Shown here: in pieces, positions 53,683 to 63,183 of the stretch
How positions within the stretch are numbered: the stretch's first letter is position 1
How the letters are laid out: every line of letters begins with the position of its first letter
IMG/VR virus record: IMGVR_UViG_3300025640_001000
DNA from: a virus
Taxonomy: Duplodnaviria > Caudoviricetes
DNA: 64,000 nt
Reading direction: 5' to 3' (one strand)
Translations under genes and position numbers: made by a program
The notes under the pieces: model-generated
Told to the model about the DNA's origin: nothing
Database searches by the model: none
What the model saw: only the letters and a program-made list of their open reading frames with translations

Positions 53683-56600
53683 ATGGCAGACTTAACACAA
53701 ATCAATGGAAATCAACGAATCGTCATGGGATGGTACGGTTCATGCGATGATGCAGGATGTGAAGATTTCCCACTCAAAACACAAGAAGTGTCGGATGCAA
53801 TTGATAGTGTTTATGAAATTCATACAGATTCAACCCGAGCAGTTGCATTTCATTCTTACATTTATGAAACGATGCCCAATCAAACTCAATCGTTGGAATC
53901 GTTAAAATGTGGTCATTCTTATTACATTGCATTGAAATCTGGAAACGAAACTTTAACAATTGAAGAATTTGTTCTCGCAGATGAAAGCACAACGCAAGAA
54001 CGATATGTAACAACTGATGACCAATGTGGTGATGGAGGTGATGGTGGAGGTGGAGGTGGAGAATGTCCTGAGTGTCCTGATTGCCCATCAGTTGATCCAA
54101 TAATTTTACCTACAACTGGAACAATTGCGTGTTGGAGTAATTTAAATTTTGCGTTAAACGGATCAGATGCAAATTCATTTCCTAAATACAAAGCAACTAC
54201 TGAATTGGGTCATGTTATTGAAATTTATCATGATTCTGATAATAAAAGATGGATAATCAGAGGTCATGCGGTTACACACGGAGCTCCCACATCAACTCCA
54301 ATTGGATTAGCAGCCTTTTCAAAACCTTCACCCTGTGCATTTTTTCCGTGGCAAGTAGATTGGGATGTAGATAAAAATTCCGAAGACGCATCTGCTTGGT
54401 TACAATCAATAAAAACAGAGTATCAATATTCAAATATATGGTGGGCAATGTCTACTGATTTTCCGCAGGGAGGTGATGTAACTACAATCACAAACTGCAC
54501 ACCACTTACGGCAGAATGTCCTCCTTGTGTTAAAGATGCAACTATTGCTTTTAGTGCGAATCCTACCATAAGAAATCAAGATTCAGTTCCGTTAGGTTTT
54601 ACATTTTCAGTTGATACATCAAGTTTAGCAAGTGAGTGTTCTTCAAACGAATGGAAATATTCTTTGTCTATAAAAGATGGAGAAACTTTAAAAACATCAC
54701 AACAAATTTCAACTGATACAACTTTGATAAATGATTTGGTACCGGGTGGTGGAACTTACATAATAAAAATATGGGGTGTAACTGAGTCCGGAACATTAAT
54801 TACACCTGAACCTCATGTAGAAGCAGAATTGATAATGCCTTGGCCAGCAGCCAATTATGAAGTACAAGATGATATTGATATTACTTACTTGGAATTTGAA
54901 GGACCCAACGATGATTCAGTTACTTTGTCGGATCCAGAAGGATGGGTTGCATCTGCGACAATTAAAAAATCAAGTACAATAACAAACGCAGAAAAATGGA
55001 AATATAGTTTAGACAATTCAACTTGGAATGAATTGACTGCATTAACAGAGACTACTATTTCAACAACTGCAACTTTGTATTTCCGTTTAAAAGTCGGACA
55101 TCTCGGTGGAAATGACGATACAGATTTAACTACCTTGAATAAATCTTACAATTCAGAAGTTACAATTGCTTACACAGAAAATAACGGAACACCACGTGAA
55201 TTATCGTTGCCATTAAAAGGTAAAGTTTTAAATAGAATCATCGGAATAACTTCTTGGGTGAACAACAATAATACAGATTTTAAAGCAACTTTAACAATCA
55301 GCAAAAATCAGTTGACTCGTTGGCAATATCAGTTGGAAAAACTAAACGATGACGAAGCATCATATGGTACTCCTAAAATTTTGACTGCATATGGAGCAAT
55401 TCAATCTGATACTTCAGAGGTAATTGATCTTCAAACTTACATAGAATCATCAACTGCTGATATGGGTCCTGGATACTACAAAATAAGTGTAAGGGGTGTT
55501 CATAATACAGATAATAATATTGTAGTAACTCCGGAAATATCAGTACACGACTTTTTTAATTATCCTGATGTAATATTTGATATAAACGATATTTCATGGC
55601 CAAACTCTAATAGTGAACCAGTGCAGCTGCAGGTTGAATATCGTGAATATGAAGGTCCTACTGAAATGGCACAATTCAAAATCACAAATGACAAGTATTT
55701 TGATCATTGGACATTTGCGTATAATACCGAGTCTTCATCCTTCCCTCCTTCCGATATAACACCCAACACAGATTACAATTATCAACTTGATGACGAATCT
55801 ATTATATCGTCATTGCCCACAACGCACACAAATATAGCAAAAAAAGCACTAGGTATCCAATTGATTTCAAAAAACGCATCAGATACACCAACCGTTTACG
55901 AGCTCGGTGACATCCAATCCCGGGAAGATCCTCTCAGAAGAGACTACTATGCATGGGTCCACATCCACATATACGGTAAAAACGCAATTTCAACACTTGC
56001 AGAACCTGCGAATCCAGTGTACTACAGTGCCGAGGTGACAACTTGGGTTTTAGAACGTTATATAACATCTTTCTCTCCAGACCAACGAGAATCTCCTTAC
56101 CACAACAAAATTACGTTAGATCTACAGTGTAACTTCAATGAAATTAATCGTGCTCAGATAATATGGACAAAAAATACAACTGAGTTAACCGACACAGGAA
56201 TTACACAACTACCAAATTATAATCATTTTATAACACCTGACTACACAATTGATTTGAATGACGTTCCAAGTAATTATCTTACAGATAACAACGATTTCAA
56301 TATTTCAGTTATTGGTCATTCAACAACAGATACCGATGTCATTCACGAAGCCGGATGGATCGCAGGACAAGTTGCACCTGCACTGGAACACACTTTTACG
56401 GTATCATGGCCAACTACAATATTTACGGTGTCGGAAACAATTTCCGATACTTATATTTGGCAAGGTGTTACTGCAACACCAGCAACAAACGGAACATTAG
56501 CATCAATCACAAAAGGTTGGGTTAAAACAATAACATTAAATAATCCCACAGGAACCGATGTTGGCAATTGGCAATATTCAATAAACAACGGAGAAAATTG

Positions 56601-57540
56601 GAGTAATTTGACAGGTGTGAACGTGGAAGTTCCTGATCATACATCAGAAGGACCAAAACTTAAATTTAGATTAAAGGCAAATCTAGAAGTGAATACATAC
56701 AATGATGTAACAGTTGATTTGGTTGCACATGATGTTCAAAGTGCCAATACGACAAAAACAATCAATTTAAATGGTTCAGTAACAAAACCAACTCCAATTT
56801 TCACAATATCACCTACATCTATTTCAGGTGAATATCGTGAAACAGAAGGACCAAGTGCAGAAAAAACAATTACGATTACAACGAAGTTCTTAAGTTCATT
56901 GAAGTGGAAATCATCCGGAGAAATTTCTTGGGAATATTTTGATACAACTTGGAAAGATTTACCAACGAATTATGTCACGATACTGAATAAACCACTTCAA
57001 GCAGGTCAAACACATTCTACACAAGAATCGTTGACGATTAAAGTTCGTTTAAAAGCAGGACTTGAAGTGCCTAATGCAGATGATATGGATACGCAAATAG
57101 AATCTGCAAATTTCAATAATGTAATCACCTTTGAAGCAATTTCATCACACGATGTTGATGTTACTGCCGGAAAGCAAGTTGCATTAAACGGAACGGTAAC
57201 CGAGTATCCAAATGGTTGTGCTGACTATGATTTGTCGTTCGATACAACAGGTAATAAAGTTGTGTATGAAGGTGATGGGGTAACTATTATTGGTTTTGAG
57301 AACGGAGGCCACATTTGCGTTGATAATTTTGGAGGTGAATTTGGAACTAAGAGTATATCACTTGAAGTGCGTGATTCCTCAAATAATGTGATCACAACAG
57401 GAAGTGTCACTACAAATTGGAGTTGGGGTTCTGGAAATAATGTTGTGTATAAAGCACCGGATCAACAAGCATACCAAGTATTGGGATTTTCATTTAGTCA
57501 GGATGGAAATATAATTTTAACACCAATGGATTTAGGCTAA
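53683..57540 (+). CDS. Module A, YxEYEGP stalk (paralog of the 44151 gene), module B
   Basis: [12 protein letters not shown]...LKCGHSYY; [26 protein letters not shown]; GCADYD...GFENGGHIC. Confidence 0.75.
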   Translation: MADLTQINGNQRIVMGWYGSCDDAGCEDFPLKTQEVSDAIDSVYEIHTDSTRAVAFHSYIYETMPNQTQSLESLKCGHSYYIALKSGNETLTIEEFVLADESTTQERYVTTDDQCGDGGDGGGGGGECPECPDCPSVDPIILPTTGTIACWSNLNFALNGSDANSFPKYKATTELGHVIEIYHDSDNKRWIIRGHAVTHGAPTSTPIGLAAFSKPSPCAFFPWQVDWDVDKNSEDASAWLQSIKTEYQYSNIWWAMSTDFPQGGDVTTITNCTPLTAECPPCVKDATIAFSANPTIRNQDSVPLGFTFSVDTSSLASECSSNEWKYSLSIKDGETLKTSQQISTDTTLINDLVPGGGTYIIKIWGVTESGTLITPEPHVEAELIMPWPAANYEVQDDIDITYLEFEGPNDDSVTLSDPEGWVASATIKKSSTITNAEKWKYSLDNSTWNELTALTETTISTTATLYFRLKVGHLGGNDDTDLTTLNKSYNSEVTIAYTENNGTPRELSLPLKGKVLNRIIGITSWVNNNNTDFKATLTISKNQLTRWQYQLEKLNDDEASYGTPKILTAYGAIQSDTSEVIDLQTYIESSTADMGPGYYKISVRGVHNTDNNIVVTPEISVHDFFNYPDVIFDINDISWPNSNSEPVQLQVEYREYEGPTEMAQFKITNDKYFDHWTFAYNTESSSFPPSDITPNTDYNYQLDDESIISSLPTTHTNIAKKALGIQLISKNASDTPTVYELGDIQSREDPLRRDYYAWVHIHIYGKNAISTLAEPANPVYYSAEVTTWVLERYITSFSPDQRESPYHNKITLDLQCNFNEINRAQIIWTKNTTELTDTGITQLPNYNHFITPDYTIDLNDVPSNYLTDNNDFNISVIGHSTTDTDVIHEAGWIAGQVAPALEHTFTVSWPTTIFTVSETISDTYIWQGVTATPATNGTLASITKGWVKTITLNNPTGTDVGNWQYSINNGENWSNLTGVNVEVPDHTSEGPKLKFRLKANLEVNTYNDVTVDLVAHDVQSANTTKTINLNGSVTKPTPIFTISPTSISGEYRETEGPSAEKTITITTKFLSSLKWKSSGEISWEYFDTTWKDLPTNYVTILNKPLQAGQTHSTQESLTIKVRLKAGLEVPNADDMDTQIESANFNNVITFEAISSHDVDVTAGKQVALNGTVTEYPNGCADYDLSFDTTGNKVVYEGDGVTIIGFENGGHICVDNFGGEFGTKSISLEVRDSSNNVITTGSVTTNWSWGSGNNVVYKAPDQQAYQVLGFSFSQDGNIILTPMDLG

Positions 57541-57541
57541 G

Positions 57542-59587
57542 ATGGCAACATTAAAACAAAAAATGTTTGTACCAAAAACCTATATAGGTTGGTATGGGGT
57601 ATGTCCTGAGAACGGAGAAAATGCGTGTGAACCATTTAAATTAATAAGTGATACAAACGAACATACAATTTTACCTGGATCACCTACAACAGGTGATATC
57701 GGCACAAGTCAATTAATTGATTTAATAATTTCATATGAAAATGTGGCCGGAAGTGCATACAACGGAAAGGTAAACAAAGGAATTTCGCAAGGAAATCAAG
57801 GAATTAAAGAACTTATATGTGGAAATGCTTATATAATAGTTTTAAAACCTGGAACTGATGCTGAAAATCTTCTTGAATTTACAATTCCGGAATTCGTTAT
57901 TGGTAATATTGAAAGTGACGAAAAAGAATCGGAAGAATATATTCTTACCACAGGATGTGGAACTGGAGGAGTTGACGAAAGAACTCCAACTCCATCACCA
58001 TCAATTACGACAAGTCCAACAGAAACTCCGAGTCCGTCTCCAAGTCCGTCCGCAACCGAAACTCCGAGTCCTTCACCAAGTCCTTCACCGAGTATCACAC
58101 CAAGTCCGACAATTACGACAAGTCCGTCACCAAGTCCAACAATTACTTCAGACTTACTTGAAGAATGTTGTGAAGAAAATATGTTGACACATGGTTTGAG
58201 TGCATCTCAGATAACATCATTCGGTGAACCAACAATAACCGCAACTGGTGTAACACAAAACGCAACAATTTGCGTTGGAACACCAAGTGGTGAACTTCCG
58301 TATACTTTAAAATTAATAATTGATAATCAGATCGTTGCAGTTTTAACAACAACAGGTACATTTGATAAAACCACAATTTATTACAAAACATCTGAAGGTG
58401 AGTGTTTGATTGGAAGTATCGTAGATGATGAATGTGTATTGTCAACCGGATCATCGTTAAATTTTAGTATAGAAGGTTCAGATATTCATGGATTTGAAAT
58501 TAAAGCAATATTAACTAATGATTCATATTTACAAACCGAAGGTACTGATTGGGTTGCAACTACAATGGGAAATGAGTTGGTGATTTCTGTGGAAGATACA
58601 AAATATTTATCAGATAGCATTGCATCTTTACAATTCTTTGAATTAAGCACGATACCTAATGTTTCATACGATAAAAGTAGTTGTACAATTATAGACGAAG
58701 AATTAACTTTTATTTATCCAATTATTTCGGAAAAGTTAAATGGTGGCACTTTATTAAAGTGTATTGCTTCTAATTTATCATCGTTATATTCACAATTTAC
58801 TGATGACAACACATTTAATACTTTTGTTGATACAGAGAACTTTAGTGTTGATAACATAATTAAAAAATCGGAAAATGATGAATTTGCGAAAAACGATCAA
58901 GTCAATGACAAGGTAAGTAAAAAATTGACTGTTCTGTTGGAATCGGTGAAGTTGCAAAAAAATTATTCATCAAGTAAATCCACAAAAATAATTGACACAA
59001 TTACGGACATAAAAAAATCCCAAAAGGCATTTGATGTATCTCAACTCAAACTTATCGAGAACGATAATTTTGCAAATAGTGTAAATTACTTGCTTACGGA
59101 AATTAGCAAAGATAACACATTAGAAGGTGGTGCTTTCATGAGTTCACTCCGGGAACATTTAAATTTACCATTTCAAGCAATTAACAATATGTCAAATAAG
59201 GCAAAAGAAAAATTGCTTGAAAAACTGAAAAATCATTCACACAAAAAAGATGTTTGTGATTTACAACCACCTTCTTGTTGTGAAGATGATATGAGCATGA
59301 ACACTGTTATCAACGACACATCGGTTCAATTAATAGAATTTGAAAATAATGCCAATGTAACGATTTCAGGAATTTCAGATTCAGCAAAAAATTCGGAAAT
59401 CTGTTTTAGTGAACCGGATACAACAGAAAAAAGTCTTCCGTTCTCGGTAATAATCAAGAAAGACAATGCAATTTTAATGGTGCTGACAAGTGTCGGAGAA
59501 TTAACAAGAAATAAAATCTATTACAGAACAAACAATATATGTTATAGTGGCATTATTGATGGAAATAATGAATGTAATTTGCAATAA
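57542..59587 (+). CDS. Module A, PT linker, module B, helical segment, module B
   Basis: [21 protein letters not shown]...LICGNAY; ECCEEN...GECLIG; SCCEDD...[15 protein letters not shown]. Confidence 0.75.
   Translation: MATLKQKMFVPKTYIGWYGVCPENGENACEPFKLISDTNEHTILPGSPTTGDIGTSQLIDLIISYENVAGSAYNGKVNKGISQGNQGIKELICGNAYIIVLKPGTDAENLLEFTIPEFVIGNIESDEKESEEYILTTGCGTGGVDERTPTPSPSITTSPTETPSPSPSPSATETPSPSPSPSPSITPSPTITTSPSPSPTITSDLLEECCEENMLTHGLSASQITSFGEPTITATGVTQNATICVGTPSGELPYTLKLIIDNQIVAVLTTTGTFDKTTIYYKTSEGECLIGSIVDDECVLSTGSSLNFSIEGSDIHGFEIKAILTNDSYLQTEGTDWVATTMGNELVISVEDTKYLSDSIASLQFFELSTIPNVSYDKSSCTIIDEELTFIYPIISEKLNGGTLLKCIASNLSSLYSQFTDDNTFNTFVDTENFSVDNIIKKSENDEFAKNDQVNDKVSKKLTVLLESVKLQKNYSSSKSTKIIDTITDIKKSQKAFDVSQLKLIENDNFANSVNYLLTEISKDNTLEGGAFMSSLREHLNLPFQAINNMSNKAKEKLLEKLKNHSHKKDVCDLQPPSCCEDDMSMNTVINDTSVQLIEFENNANVTISGISDSAKNSEICFSEPDTTEKSLPFSVIIKKDNAILMVLTSVGELTRNKIYYRTNNICYSGIIDGNNECNLQ
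58097..58137 (+). repeat. 41-bp linker segment identical to 19465-19505
   Basis: See the other copy. Confidence 0.9.
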
Positions 59588-59592
59588 GTATA

Positions 59593-59600
59593 TATTTATG
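59593..59600 (+). promoter_or_regulatory. TATTTATG variant of the motif
   Basis: Upstream of 59629. Confidence 0.45.
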
Positions 59601-59628
59601 AATATTGAAGTAATCAGGAGAATTAAAA

Positions 59629-62600
59629 ATGGCAACAATTAATAAGCAATATAGTTTTATATGGTACGGAAAATGTATTGATACAGGTACAACAAATGGA
59701 GGATGCACTTCATTCACTTTAGATAACAGTGGTGAGTCGGCAAAAATAGACACCGTTTGGCAAGTAGATGAGCTCGGTAATGCAAATGCATGGGTAAATG
59801 GTGCTGAAGGAACACAATCATTTTCAACACTTGAATGTGGTCATGCTTATTATATTAAATTGAAAGGTCCAGCATACGATTGTGATATTCCTCATGCAGA
59901 ATTGAGTGGATATAGTCAAGAGACGGCAACTGCATTCAGAATAACAGAAGATTGTAACGCAGGTGGTGGTGGAGGAGGAACGGTTCTTCAAGCAAGTATT
60001 GCTTTAGGTGCGTGTCAATCCGCAATTACTCTTTCCGCAACACAATTAGATTCAGATGATTCTTATACATCGTGTCAATTACAAAAAACTGGTGCAACAT
60101 TCGTTGCAATTTCCGACACTTTAACAGATAACATTCGTTACAATTTAACAGACGGTGGACTTTTAAGTTACAAAATTGATAATACCGATGATGTGGGTGC
60201 TAGTTTAACTACCGGTGCTATAACTATAACTGCAAATGCAGATGAAGGATATGGATTTGGTAGTCAATCAAATACATTAACTGTTACGATCAACGGTTCA
60301 GTTACTGCTCTTCCGAAACCAGTGATAAATATCACAACCACTGTTTCACCAACTAATACAGTGACATTTATACCAGATTTTAATGATGCAACAAATTGGG
60401 GTGGAACAAATTGGAAATATCGTCTCAAAAATGCAATTGGTCAATCAATTACAAATTACACTACTGTTACTAATTTTCAATCAAATGCAATTGATATTAC
60501 AAATGAGTTTGATCACGCAGGAATTTATACAATAGACGCAGAAATAGTCACGACTGGAGGTGATTCTATTGCTGGATCAACTAAAGTAGAAAATCAATCT
60601 ATTAATATTCCTCGTTTGGCGGCAAATATTTCGGTAGGTAATATTGCTCATGGTAGTATTGATCGTGATACTTTACCAGATACAAAAACTGCTTCGGTAA
60701 CTGCTACCAATATATCAGGAGATTGGAGTATTAAAACTGATGCAAGTAATGCAGCTATTACTGCTACAAAAAATAATAACAATTTACAATCCGTTTTAAA
60801 TACACAAGAACTTGGTGTAATAGATAGTGATAATAAAGTAACGATTTCAGCACAAGGAACAAAGTGGAATCAGGTAGAAACTGCAGGCCTTGGTGGAAGT
60901 GACCTTGTATTAGGTCCTGCAAGCAATGAAGTTACTGCTGAATGTACAATTACTGCTACTGTAACTGATGGTGTAGTATTCACTTCATCAAAATCTTCTG
61001 TAAGTGACAATACACGTGATACGGACGATGCAATTCCATCTCCAACTAAAATCACTATCACCCACGATGATGTAGATAGTTGGGTTGCTTCGTTAAATGG
61101 TACTTCAACAAATTGGAAGTTTAGTACAACGCAAACTGGAACATATAGCACTGATCCAGCAACTTTGTCAAAAAGTGGTTTAGATCATGCACCAGGTACA
61201 TTTGATTTTTGGGTAAAGTATGACACCAATAGTGTTGCGGATGAAACACTCACTTTAACATTATCAGAATCAGCAACTGATGGTCATTCAGACGTAGCAG
61301 ATATTACAATTACTTTAACTGGTGAAGTTACACAAGCAATTGGAACTGCAATTTTCTCAGGATGTAGTTCAATTGATGCAATTTCAATTGAAGTTGGAGA
61401 TACGTCGAACTCCACGAATAATAATAAGACTTGTGATTTAACAACGACTGATTGTAGTGTGGACGATGTGACTGCAACAACATTGGGTATATTTACTTAT
61501 ACGATCACAAATAACAAGGTTAATTACTGGATTACAGATGCATCTAGTGTACAAAGTACGGAAACTGAAACTCTTGACGTCACCGCAAAGGCTGATACGA
61601 ATTTCCTCATTGATGGACAACCTACGAAAATAATTTCAATAACGTTGAGTGGTACGGTAAATGCAAAAACTGCAACTGCTTCAATAACAACCAATCCATC
61701 GGGAGTTGGATCTGTAACTTTTGGTGAAGATTACTCGTCCCAAACCGATACATTTAAAATAACAACAAATGCAAATGCAAATATAACGATCCCTGCCACT
61801 ACTGCTCTACCAATCACCCAAGGTGATTTTGAAATTACCGATATTGCAGAGAGTGGTGGTGTTTATACTTACACATATAAAATAAAAGCAGGTGTTTCCA
61901 CGGGAGCAAAATCTGCAACATATGGGGTGACAGTAAACGCAGATACCAATAGTCAATTTGATGGACTGGCAATCAACGCATCTAAAACAATTAACGTAAC
62001 TTTAAGTGGTACGGTTGAAGCTGCAACGATACCTGAGAATTCAAGCATCGCAAACGGAGCTTGTCCAAAAGATATTTCTCAGGATGCATCAACAACTGCC
62101 ACTCAAACAAGTTGTCAACTTACTCTTGTCAACGCAGTGTGTGTACCAATAACCAATGCTGTTCATGGTGGACTTAAATATTCATTGACTGCACAAGGAT
62201 TGCTTACATACGAAGCAAATGATCCTGAGTCAGTAGGAGAACATTCGCATGAAGTAACAATAACTGCCAATTCAACTGATTCCTCTGCATCATTATTTGC
62301 TGGACAAGCACAGACTGTCACACACAAAGTAACGATGAAAATAACAGTAAATGAAGTGGTTGTTGCCGATGATAAATTGTGGATAGGATTTGCAAAAGAC
62401 GCATCAACATTTTATTCATGGTATGAATTGGAAGCAGTTGAAGAATTAACTACTCAAATTCAATTTGATAATATGGCTACGTTTACTCAGTTCTCTGCTA
62501 TGGCTCCTCCTGCTGAAACACCGGCCGTTGGGGAAAACTTTAATTCAGCAACAATGAATATAATGGGTTCTATATATCCAATAAATACTGCAAATCTTCC

Positions 62601-63168
62601 TGGTGGTGTTGTTATTACTGATTTAAATGGTCTTGAAATAAAAGGAACAGCTGATGCAATGTATGTTGATCTTGTATCAACACTTGATCACACTCAATTT
62701 AAATTCCAAGACGAAGACTTCTATACTTCATTAATGACGGAAATAGGAACTGCCGGCCAGTTGGCATATACAATGATAACTGCGTCACCGACTGAACCAA
62801 ATTCAAGTTCTCTTACCACATCTCAAAAAACAAATTCATACAACAATGATTTTCTGCGATTAAAATGTGGAACAACATGGAACGGAGACCAAGTAGACGG
62901 AACAAAGAAAGCAATTCTAAAAGCAAAGTTCGATTCCTCGGATGACGGATCAGATACTATTGCAACTGCTTCATATACTGCTCAGGTGAGTACAAATGCA
63001 CTATTGACATCGGGTAACTGGAGTGGATGTAATGCTATTTTTGCATCAGGTCAGTTCAACGATTCCAATGGAAACCGTCCACGTATCAAACATTTTTACT
63101 TTGAAACACAAAGTGGAGCAACATTACTTAAGTTCTCCGATAGTGGAACTGCACAACCCCAATGTTAA
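59629..63168 (+). CDS. Module A, Thr-rich Ig-like stalk repeats, C-terminal domain shared with the 44151 gene
   Basis: AGGAG RBS; FIWYGKC...LECGHAYY...DIP; repeated ITLSGTV / TINGSV; LWIGF...YSWYELEAVE...LDHTQF...RLKCGTTWN. Confidence 0.75.
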   Translation: MATINKQYSFIWYGKCIDTGTTNGGCTSFTLDNSGESAKIDTVWQVDELGNANAWVNGAEGTQSFSTLECGHAYYIKLKGPAYDCDIPHAELSGYSQETATAFRITEDCNAGGGGGGTVLQASIALGACQSAITLSATQLDSDDSYTSCQLQKTGATFVAISDTLTDNIRYNLTDGGLLSYKIDNTDDVGASLTTGAITITANADEGYGFGSQSNTLTVTINGSVTALPKPVINITTTVSPTNTVTFIPDFNDATNWGGTNWKYRLKNAIGQSITNYTTVTNFQSNAIDITNEFDHAGIYTIDAEIVTTGGDSIAGSTKVENQSINIPRLAANISVGNIAHGSIDRDTLPDTKTASVTATNISGDWSIKTDASNAAITATKNNNNLQSVLNTQELGVIDSDNKVTISAQGTKWNQVETAGLGGSDLVLGPASNEVTAECTITATVTDGVVFTSSKSSVSDNTRDTDDAIPSPTKITITHDDVDSWVASLNGTSTNWKFSTTQTGTYSTDPATLSKSGLDHAPGTFDFWVKYDTNSVADETLTLTLSESATDGHSDVADITITLTGEVTQAIGTAIFSGCSSIDAISIEVGDTSNSTNNNKTCDLTTTDCSVDDVTATTLGIFTYTITNNKVNYWITDASSVQSTETETLDVTAKADTNFLIDGQPTKIISITLSGTVNAKTATASITTNPSGVGSVTFGEDYSSQTDTFKITTNANANITIPATTALPITQGDFEITDIAESGGVYTYTYKIKAGVSTGAKSATYGVTVNADTNSQFDGLAINASKTINVTLSGTVEAATIPENSSIANGACPKDISQDASTTATQTSCQLTLVNAVCVPITNAVHGGLKYSLTAQGLLTYEANDPESVGEHSHEVTITANSTDSSASLFAGQAQTVTHKVTMKITVNEVVVADDKLWIGFAKDASTFYSWYELEAVEELTTQIQFDNMATFTQFSAMAPPAETPAVGENFNSATMNIMGSIYPINTANLPGGVVITDLNGLEIKGTADAMYVDLVSTLDHTQFKFQDEDFYTSLMTEIGTAGQLAYTMITASPTEPNSSSLTTSQKTNSYNNDFLRLKCGTTWNGDQVDGTKKAILKAKFDSSDDGSDTIATASYTAQVSTNALLTSGNWSGCNAIFASGQFNDSNGNRPRIKHFYFETQSGATLLKFSDSGTAQPQC

Positions 63169-63183
63169 CGGAAGGTTATATAA

